Shown: positions 1 to 9,394 of the stretch, piece after piece
Layout: each line of letters starts with the position of its first letter
Numbering within the stretch: the stretch's first letter is position 1
Assembly (NCBI RefSeq): GCF_001194135.2
Contig: NC_068988.1
Coordinates: forward strand, 74,775,170 to 74,811,563
DNA: 36,394 bases
Direction of reading: 5' to 3'
Source: Octopus bimaculoides
Lineage: Eukaryota
Translations under genes and position numbers: made by a program
The notes under the pieces: generated by a model
Databases searched by the model: none
Told to the model about the DNA's origin: nothing
What the model saw: the letters and a program-made list of their open reading frames with translations, nothing else

Positions 1-252
1 AATAATAGAATTAATAATTAACAATTTTGCCAAGTAGTTCAGTATGAAAAAACCTTTATCGGTAAAACCATTTATCATCATAAATATACAGGGATTAGCA
101 TTGAGTTGCTTCTCCAACATACTGAAAATTTAGAAATAGCAGTCAAAGAACTACTGATTCTAAACTACAAATTTTTCTCTAAACGGATGGCGATATTTAT
201 GGCACACATAGAATAAAAAAAACGGAGGGAAAAGCATAAACAAAACAAGTCT

Positions 253-520
253 TTACACATATACATATATACATACACATATACACACACACATATATAT
301 ATATACACACACACATATATATATATACACACACACATATATATATATACACAAATATATATACACACACAAATATATATATATACACAAATATATATAC
401 ACACACAAATATATATATATATATATATATATACACAAATATATATATACACACATACACATATATATATATATATACACACACATATATTTTCACACAC
501 ACACATGTGTGTGTGTGTAT
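253..520. repeat. Compound (TA)n/(CA)n microsatellite ending in a (CA)n(TG)n palindrome
   Basis: Directly visible. Explains the CVYIYI-type ORFs at 165-532. Confidence 0.97.
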
Positions 521-604
521 AAAGAAGACCACTAGGTGGACGGCTAATGTGCTAGAAGATCACATTCTTCTAGCACATTAGCAGTCCACCTAGTGGTCTC
601 CTTT
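521..604. repeat. Near-perfect inverted repeat (39-bp arms, 6-nt loop)
   Basis: 521-559 AAAGAAGACCACTAGGTGGACGGCTAATGTGCTAGAAGA versus the reverse complement of 566-604: 2 mismatches. Loop TCACAT. Confidence 0.95.
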
Positions 605-784
605 GTATATACATATACAATAATCCTTTGAGATCTCAGATAATTTTTCTGAATCTCCTGATTCTTTCAATGTGCTAGTTCCATGGTATTAAATTGATAT
701 CAATTAATATCCAATTTTTTACCTTACTGTTTTAATTTATACATACACACACACACATCATCATCATCATCATACATATATATA

Positions 785-1175
785 TATATTCACAGCAAGT
801 TGTTTTACACCTATTACACTAATTATATTTTGCTTTTGAGCTCGGGTCAAACACTATAGTTTAGAAGCCATGGACTGACAATGTGAATGTTCCGTGTCCT
901 CTCCCCACCCCGCCTTTTGCGAGCACACATTTTTTTTTTCATATTCTTTCAGAGCAAGTCGTTTTACATCTATTACACTATTTTTCTTTTGTCTCTTGGC
1001 TCCGGTGAGGCGTCTCGGAACATTCACATCGTGAATGTTCCAAGTCCTCTCCCCACCCCACTCCATTCGCGAGCACGCATTTTTTTCTTCATATTTGTTC
1101 ACAGCAAGTTGTTTTACACCTATTACACTATTTAAAAAAAATTTTTGAGCTCAGGTCAAACGCTTTAGTTTGACC
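785..1175. repeat. Degenerate ~150-160 bp tandem repeat, about 2.5 units
   Basis: AGCAAGTYGTTTTACAYCTATTACACTA recurs near 794, 953 and 1103. GTGAATGTTCC..GTCCTCTCCCCACCCC recurs near 883 and 1031. TTTTGAGCTCRGGTCAAAC recurs near 835 and 1143. Confidence 0.85.
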
Positions 1176-1229
1176 CCCAAAAGCAGAGGCTTATGCTTTG
1201 AGACTATTGATAGTAAAAAAAACAAAAAA

Positions 1230-2035
1230 ATACAAACAGTGGCTGCTAGCTGAGAAACTGAGCAAAGGGAAGGTATGAAATTACACAGTCAATTCAAAAG
1301 ATAAACAAAGGAAGTAAAAGTAGAATCTTCATAGAAGTGACTGATAAAAGGTGATCTTAAGAGAGAGACAAAATTTGTTGTTGGCTGCTGAAGATTAAGC
1401 ACTAAACATAAACTTGATAAGGAATATGTATAACCTAGATGAAACAAGTGTAGGTTATGTGGGAAGAAAGGGAGAAATGTGATACACACTGTGAGTACCT
1501 GTGACATGTTTGCAGAGAGAGGGTATAAAAGGTGTTGTAATAAAGTGTTATTGCATTTCCACAGGTTTTTATGCAAGAAATATTAGTTTCTAACCACTGG
1601 TATCAGCAAGGACCAGAGAAAGTCCTAGAAAATCACACTGTGAAACTCTTGTGGAACTTCACAATCCAGACAAATAGAGTCATTGAACAGGCAAACATAA
1701 TTTTGGAGGAGAGAGATAGTATAAGGTGTTTGTTGATCAATGTAAGTTGCCCAGGATATCAAAAGTAAAGAAAATGAGAAAATCATACAATATATAGACT
1801 TAAGGAAACATGTTGAGAGAATGTGGAATATACCAGCAAGAGTAGTGTCCACTGTGATTTGAACACTTGGGCTTGTGATGAAAAACCTTCAAAAACATCG
1901 ACACAATCAGCGTTACAACAGCAAATATCTTGTGGAAAGTACTGTTTATATGAAGTTATATAACTTGATATGGAGTCAAATGATCCAGTGAGAAAAAAGA
2001 TCATCACTGTGCAAATGAAGGAATAATAATAATAA
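1230..2035 (+). mobile_element. R4/Dong-clade non-LTR retrotransposon, 5'-truncated 3' fragment (zinc knuckle, restriction-like endonuclease, (AAT)n tail)
   Basis: ORF 1571-1768 HWYQQGPEKVLENHTVKLLWNFTIQTNRVIE..IRCLLINVSCPG, then a broken EK..Y.DL..VERMW..VV segment, typical of the RLE domain. Multiple stops and frameshifts. Confidence 0.8.
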
Positions 2036-2222
2036 TCCTTTCTACTAAAGACACACAGCCTGAAATTTGGTGGGAGGAGACTAGTTGATTACATTGACCC
2101 CAGTGCTTCACTAGCATTTAATTTATTGACCCTGAAAGAATGAAAGCAAAGTCTACCTTGGTGGACAAAGTGCCACTAAACATGTTGCCCAGCATGCTAA
2201 CGATTCTGCCAGCTCACCGCCA
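2022..2222 (-). mobile_element. tRNA-derived Octopus-type SINE with (ATT)n tail, internally deleted
   Basis: Minus-strand head GGCGGTGAGCTGGCAGAATCGTTAGCA (A-box-like). Body is homologous to the copy at 23559-23769. Confidence 0.8.
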
Positions 2223-2254
2223 TAATGATAATAATAATAATAATAAATAAATAA

Positions 2255-2415
2255 ATAATAAGTGTTAACTGCAAACGCAAACAGACTGTATATGAAAAGA
2301 AAGAATGGTGGCAGAGGACTAAATAGTATAGACCATTGTATAAAGAGTGAAAGGAGAATGCTTGCCAAGTATTTGATAAATAGTGACGAAGACCTGCTGC
2401 AATATACTGGGACCC
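2255..2415 (+). mobile_element. R4/Dong LINE fragment (post-RT region)
   Basis: ORF 2262-2450 NRLYMKRKNGGRGLNSIDHCIKSERRMLAKYL carries the RLYxxRxxGGRGL motif. Confidence 0.8.
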
Positions 2416-2500
2416 ATATTATCATTGATATTTTAAAATGCTATAGGTAGAATGATAGTGATAATGATAATCACTGTGGTTATGGAAGCAACACAATGCA

Positions 2501-2610
2501 AGAGCCTGGTGTAGCCATCCGGTTGCACCAGTCCTCAGTCAAATCGTCCAACCCATGCTAGCATGGAAAGCGGACGTTAAACGATGATGATGATGATGAT
2601 GATGATGATG
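2501..2610 (+). mobile_element. 3' end of RTE-tailed SINE/LINE repeat with (GAT)n tail
   Basis: CCCATGCTAGCATGGAAAGCGGACGTTAAACGATGATGAT. Near-identical to the inverted copy at 36083-36394. Confidence 0.85.
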
Positions 2611-2639
2611 TACATACAAAGAGAGGAAGACAGAGATGG

Positions 2640-4910
2640 GACCTCAATAACGAATCTCGTGGGAACCCCATGAACAACTAATGAAATTATGATGCAACAC
2701 AACAATGAAAGAATTAACGGCGAGAATGAAGCTATAGCTGATCATGGTGAAGGTTTCCCGCCCAGCACGTCTGAAACCACCCACATATGGGGCAGTGATC
2801 TGGCCTTGGACGGTCGTTATGTAACAACAGATCACATACATGGTGGGCGCAAAAACATATAAGTGGACAAAGGAAGAGTACGATTCACTTATTGAATGTC
2901 ATGTAAAAGCAAAGGTGAAAAGAAGTCGTAGAGTAGGTTGACCTACCTTGAAATTTTGGATGGAAAAGGACACGTGTCCAATGTCAGAATATAAACTAAT
3001 GAACCAAGTGAGAGTAGTTAGGAGGAAGGGTTACATAACTGGAGTAGAAATAAAGGATGGTCGGAGTTGAAAACAGAGAGGTTGAAAGCAGAGAGAAGAG
3101 TAGACAGGAGGAACAGGGAAATGATGATGGGGCTGTTAAGGATGAGGAACAGGAACGTTATACAGTGAACCCTGATACTGTGGTGGGTGGACATGCAGGG
3201 GAAACTAACCAACTAGATAATGAATTGATTGAAATTCAAAGACAATTCACTGAGTTGATGAATACTCCAGAAGAAAAAATCCCCATGAATATGAGTGAGA
3301 AGGGTAGATAGGAGTATGATAAATAAAGTAACACAAAAGATAAATACTGTCATACCATACATCCAGACAGAGGACATAACACAAACAAGAAATCTTCTCT
3401 GAGCTATTGCACTATTTGCTGAGGAGAAATTACAACTTAAGAAAACAAAAAATGGTGGAGCAAAAGAACCATGGTGGAAACAACGCGTTGAAAGGGACAT
3501 AACGCAGGCAAGGTAAGATCTAGGAAAAAATGAGCAATGGTTAGGAGGAAACTGGGGAAAGTGGGAAAGAGACTGACTGAGAAAAATACAGAAGAACTAT
3601 AAAATACAGAAGAACTATAAAATACAGAAGAACGGGTTTAATGCAGTAATAGAGCAGTTAAAACAGAGGATCATGGCAAAAAGCCAAAAGATCAGAAGGT
3701 TTGTGAACAGAAATAAGCAGTATGAGGAGAACAGTTTGTTCAAAAATAACCTGAAGCAATTCTTCCGAATGTTAGAAGGAGACAATGGGGAAAATGTTGC
3801 TCCTGATGCAAATCAAGCCAAAGAGTTCTGGAGTGGATTATGGGGAAACAGTGTGGTTCATAAAAGGGATGCAATGTGGATAGAAACTATCAAGACAGAA
3901 GTACAAGGAGGAAAGAAACAAAGGAATATTGTTATAAGCATGGGTGACATGAAAGAAGTGGGTAAAGTGCCTAACTGGAAAGCTCCCGGACCAGATGGGA
4001 TTCATGGCTTTTGGCTGAAGAGATGCTATGCAGTGCATGAAAGACTAGCAGCCTAAATGAATGAGTGTGTCAAGAAAGGTATACTCCCCACATGGATGGT
4101 GACTGGGAGGACAACACTTATAATGAAAGATAGAAGAAAGGGAAATATTCTGGGAGATTACCATCCCATAGCATGCCTAAACATAATCTGGAAGATACTC
4201 ACTGGAATATGTCTGGCAAAGGTATATACTTTCCTGGCACAGGAAGAAATATTACCAAGGGAACAAAAAGGATGTAGGAAGAGTTCTCAGAGTACCAAGG
4301 ATCACCTGGTCATTGATAAAACAGTTTTGAGGCATTGTAAAAAACATCATAAACACATGTCTATGGCTTGGATTGACTTTAAGAAGGCATATGATATTAT
4401 GCCTCATTCTTGGATCATTGAATGGCTGCAGATGTTCAGTGTTGCTGACATCACAAATTTCTGATGCATAGCATGAATGAGTGGAAAACCAAATTGTACT
4501 CAAGTAATGTATTCCTTGGAAAAGTTAATATTAAAAGGGGAATCTTCCAAAGTGACTTGTTTTCTCCGTAACTATTTGTAATTACACTAATACCCATAAC
4601 AATGACACTTAGGAAAGTTAGGATGGGTTACTGATGTGGGAAGAAAGGCCCATCATTGAACCATTTGCTGTTTATGGATGACCTGAAACTGCTTGAAAAA
4701 CAGATAGATTCCTTAACCAAAATAGTCCAGAAGTGTGGTAGGAATATCGGTATGGAATTTGGGATTACCAAATGAGCAGTACTTAATATGAAAAGAGGGA
4801 AGAAAGCATCCTGCAGAAGATTGTGGTTGTGATCAGGAAAGACCATGAGTGAATCTGACAGTAGTGGGTATAGATATTTAGGGATTTTGGAGCTAGATGA
4901 CTTTCTACAC
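2640..4910 (+). mobile_element. R4/Dong-clade LINE, N-terminal region plus reverse transcriptase (pseudogenised)
   Basis: ORFs 3673-4056 and 4057-4464 share a frame, split by one TAA: PNWKAPGPDGIHGFWLK, PTWMVTGRTTL, YHPIACL, EQKGCRK, WIDFKKAYD..PHSW. Downstream RGIFQ.D.FSP, HLLFMDDLKL and YRYLGILE occur in shifted frames. Confidence 0.9.
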
Positions 4911-4984
4911 ATAACCAAAACACCAGGACATACAAATATATATAACATATAGAAAATAACACAGATAAGCATCATACACTTTCA

Positions 4985-5110
4985 ATACAGTGAAAATAAC
5001 AATAATAAAGCAAATCACTGACATACCCAAGGCACACAGAGCTGCACTCAGTAGTGCAGTGAAAGCATGTAATAAAAATAAAACTACTGAATAATAACAA
5101 TAATAATAAT
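4985..5110 (+). mobile_element. LINE 3' UTR with (AAT)n tail, probably R4/Dong
   Basis: GACATACCCAAGGCACACAG...AATAAAAATAAAACTACTGAATAATAACAATAATAAT. Family assignment from recall and position. Confidence 0.55.
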
Positions 5111-8100
5111 TTCATGCGCCTTGAAACCACCACCAAAGACATTTAGGACAATACTAAGACAAAAGACAGTGGAGATTTGCATGAACGCATATAAACAATA
5201 AAAACAATAACAGTCAACAAGAGAACATTGACAAGATTCCTCAATGAGGAAAACACCATCTAGGAGTGACCTAGGAACCTCATAGATCTCAAGTTACTCT
5301 GCTCACCAAAAGTACTGTGGTTCCTCATGCCTCTGTACCTTGCAACTGACAAGCACATGCATAGGTCATGTTTAATACAGTAAACTTTTTACAAATTGAT
5401 GGAATGATGGGGGAGGTAGCATGTCTCTCTTCAACCTCACCTCACTACTTTTCAAGTGGAATTTTAAAAAAGTTGCTGAGGGACTGGCCAAAACGAAAAG
5501 CATCAATCTTCAGTCCTTTCGGTTGCATTCACACAACCACTTTCACCATAACTATCAGACAGGAAAACTGATCTTCTTGGCCAATGGAAGGCAGTGGGGC
5601 AGTCTTCACAACAGAGTTGGCTAATAGCTGAATCTATCTTACAAATGACAGCAGCTGTTTAACATAACTCTACAAGTCAACAATGCTTGAGCACTGTATG
5701 AGTGCGTGCAGGACAGCTTCATTGCTCTGTATGCATCTTGGGTAGGGAGGCTGATCGCACTACTGTACCAATAGAGTTTAACCCTAACTGGCAATGCTCT
5801 CCACCTGGTAGCACTGCCAGACCAAGGATTTCTGGAAATTATCCATGAGTCCTGGCCTGAAAATCCTACTGAAATAACTAGTGAGTTTATTTTCATTGTT
5901 GCCCAAAGTTTAGTTGAGGATAGCGTCGCTCTTACCCATCACTAATACTCCACAGAACACCATGGTGTAAGCTCCAATGAATGTACTGGCAGAGGGCTGT
6001 GGGTGCCTAAAGGCACTCTAGGTGCCAAGCACCCAGCCTTAGTCTACACTTGGTCCATGACTACAGCTTTGTCAGAGGCAAGCTGCAGAAAAGCATAACT
6101 AGTGAACAGTAACCACACTAGCTCACTGTGAAGGAAATGCTGGAGGTATCACAGCCTCAGCACATGTTTGTGCCATGGAACATTCAGTCCTCTCCATAGT
6201 GAATGGTGACAATAAATGGACCATCAGACCAGCAGAGCATGTCCCTTTCACTCAAAGCAGAAGAGCAAGTGCTCCATTCTGGTCAGCTGGGCAACAAAGC
6301 AAAGCATGACAGTAAGGTGGTAGTAAATGATGGACACAATGTAAGCATTTGTCACTTCTACAAAACACTTCTAGGATAGTTTTCTTTTGGTCTATTTCTT
6401 GGTAAGACTAGTCAGCTTGTCACTTTTTCATAGTCCTTGTCCACCCTCAGGTTTGGACCAAACCAAACTCCAAACAATTTAACTGGCTTGTCCATTCAGT
6501 GTCTTACAATGCTGTTGAATGGCATGAACCTGCTCCTCATGGTGCTATGCAGCAGACCTAATGACCTCCCCTGGTTAATTTTCATTAATAAGTGGAATTT
6601 TTATTTCGTTTATTCTGACCACCAAGCAAATGTCACTGTACACTACAGTGATCCAGCTTCTCAAGACAGAACAAAAACCAGCAGCCTTGAAAACAGCCAC
6701 CAAGTATTGATGGGTAACCCTATTGAAAACTTTCAATTGATCAGGCCCACATCTATGCCAGGTTCTTTACTGTCCCTTTCTATAGTGCATTGCTTGAGGT
6801 GGATGTTGTGGACAGATCTGTTTGGTATGTTGCATATCTGTGTTTCACCAACCAGAGTATTGACAACAAGCACCAAAGCTTTACCTAATACCTCAGCCAA
6901 AAATATTCAGCCCTGCATTTTGCAGAGTTATGGGCCTGAAGTTTAAAAAAAAATCATCCTTCTTGTGCAAGCCCATTATCAGCAACACTACCACACATTG
7001 TCTTGCAAGGTTGAGATTTTTTTGGTTTTGATGCCAGCTGTAGTAGACATCTACCAAGAGGCTCTCAAACAAGTTTGGCCTGTGAAGATAAAGCTTGGTG
7101 GGTAGACCATCCAGCTCCAGAAACTTTTTCCTTGTGCAGCCAGCCATTCCTTTCTGTATTTTGTCAGCTGTTAACCTTTTGCAGAACTTTGCATCCCTAT
7201 CTGAGAGCTGCAGTAAGCAATCACATTAGATGGTACAAATATGCTTGGAATTAAGTAACACATGCCCTTCCCAATTCATCAAAGACTGCATTGTGCTTGT
7301 CACTTGAGCCCATTAAATGGCTTTCATTCCTTCATTCCTTAGAGCATGTGCCCAAGCTCTGACAATGCAACCTTTATGTTTATTTAGTGTTGAAGAATTG
7401 GCCATGGAGAAATCTTACTGCTAGTATGTCAGTCACAATGCCTTTCCTAAGTACCTCTTCAAGGTTAGTAACAAGCTCTCCCTCTAGTCTAGCATTCTCT
7501 ATCATTATTTCCTTACTAAACCTTATTCATTCTTAATAGCCCTTTCTGGGGTTGACCAACATTTGTTATTGATGATTGCTCTAGTCAACTCCCTCATAAT
7601 TAGTTCTCTAATCCAGTCTGTAAACTTAGGACTCTGGGAAAGCCATATTCATTTTTCAGTGACCAGGCCCCTGTCTATGCAGCCTATTTAGGTTAACTGT
7701 ACATAAATTTGTGGCCAGTGTAGCTGACTACTTTGAACTGAGAACAACCTATGCTATCCTTATAGGCTGGTCTACAGAATACTCTATCCAGATATGATCT
7801 GGATGACTTGATGCTGTTTGCTCATATCCACGTAAATGTATTTGGGAAATCTAATTTGTGTCTGTCAGCCAGCTGGAAATGACCGAGCAGGTTTGTGAGG
7901 CTTTTACAGCTCCCACTTCTTTTTCCTATCAGCTAGCTTTGTGTAATCCAGAAGTGCATCTAAGATTGTGTATCAATTAGCTCTAAAGAGAGGGATGTTC
8001 TCGAAAATCTTCAGATTCTTGAAGAAATACAGCTGCCCTGCCCCAATCAGGCATACATGATAACTAGTCTATAAGCAAAGCTTTCACTGCAGTTTATATC

Positions 8101-9135
8101 CAGGACTACCAACTTACCATGGCTCCAGATCAACTGTATCTCAAGGACCAGGCTTTTCTGAAACAACACCTCAATGCTGTCCCCCTTATTGGGTTGAGCA
8201 AGAGGTCAAAGATCTTAAAATCACCTCAAAATGGGTGCAGATGCAAATGTGTCAAAGATTCTATTCTAGCCAATGGCTATCATATCCAAACTTAGCAATC
8301 TGAAGTTACTGACCAAAAGACCTTGCTTCTAAAGTTGAAAAGGAGGAGGAGAGTAAGTTACAGGTTATCTACCTTTTGGTGAGCCCAGTGACTGGGTGAA
8401 ACTTTGGGGTTCCTTCAGGTTGTCTTTTAGGAGCCTACTGTTGACTCTTGTGTTGGGGCTTCATAACGTTTCCAAGTTCAGCCATACTATTTTCAAATTT
8501 TGTAGCACCTTGAAAGTGCTGGTCCTGAAGACCTTGTCCTCTTTCAATGTTTTCCTTTTGTGCAATGAAGTACAGAGTCTTTGCATGCCAGTAAGGATGC
8601 ATTTAACTTCCAATAACTGAGTCTCTGTCTATAGGTCCTATCTAAATCAACTAAGCAGATCACAACTTTGTGATCTGGGTAGTTGACTAGTTTGAATTGT
8701 GGACATCCTACACTATTCCTATCCACTGACCTAATAAATACTATATTGAAACATGATCTGGATGACCTGCTGAGGTTGCTCCATGTTCACACTGGCACAT
8801 AAGGGGAACTCTGTCAATACTTATCAGACAAATGGACATTTCTGAGGTTTTGGGGACACCATCTGAAATACATTTCAAGTCCTCAACTAATATTAAAAAG
8901 TGAGACATTCCAAAGAATGTTTCCAGATGTCTGGAGAAATCTAGCTCTCCAGCCCTTGTTGGGTCATCAACAGCCACAAGATTAAAGATGTCACCTTCAC
9001 TACTGTTCACATCTAGGACCAGTGTGCACTCTGGAAGTCTTTCTCTCATTAGTGGCTAATACATCTATATTGAGTGACCTGAGATTTTTGAGCAAGTAAC
9101 CTTGGTTCCAAGCTGATCCCAAGTCATGCACATAT
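5111..9135 (-). mobile_element. Tx1/L1-clade LINE, near-complete decayed ORF2 (APE endonuclease, RT, C-terminus, 3' UTR)
   Basis: Minus ORFs: LVLDVNSSEGDIFNLVAVDDPT (EN), YPDHKVV..YWKLNASLL (EN end), LDGLP..LY and NFRPITLQNA (RT start). C-terminal segment matches the second copy at 20243-20873. Many stops. Confidence 0.85.
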
Positions 9136-9390
9136 GCAGCCAGCCATTGCTTCTTGTATCAACCTTTCACAGAATTCTGCATCCCAATCTCTCAGCACAG
9201 TCATGTTAGTCAGAGAAAGAAAAAAGCAGGTAACTCTCATCTTGATTTTCAAGAAGTCCTGCTGTCTAGACCTCTTTTCAGTCAAATGTTTTCTAAAAGC
9301 CCTTCTAAAAGTCTTTTTTTTTATCTATCATCTTTGATATTTTTATTAACAAACTGCCCTCTGGATTTTGGGAATGAAATCCTTAAATTC
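9136..9390 (-). mobile_element. Second Tx1 fragment (pre-RT segment) fused upstream of the EN start
   Basis: 9135-9200 is similar to 7135-7213: shared TGCAGCCAGCCATT and AACCTTT..CAGAA.T.TGCATCCC.ATCT. Confidence 0.5.
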
Positions 9391-9394
9391 CTCC

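Noticed and set aside
165-532. Overlapping CVYIYI-type ORFs, and similar ones at 21454-21827 and 33798-34374
   Set aside because: They are translations of dinucleotide microsatellites, which lack stops by composition.
1230-5110. Idea that the Dong pieces are one element scrambled in reverse domain order
   Set aside because: The 1230-2035 piece has its own 3' end and tail, so independent insertions are simpler.
6437-6946. 169-aa plus-strand ORF
   Set aside because: It is antisense to the Tx1 RT region and has no recognisable motif.
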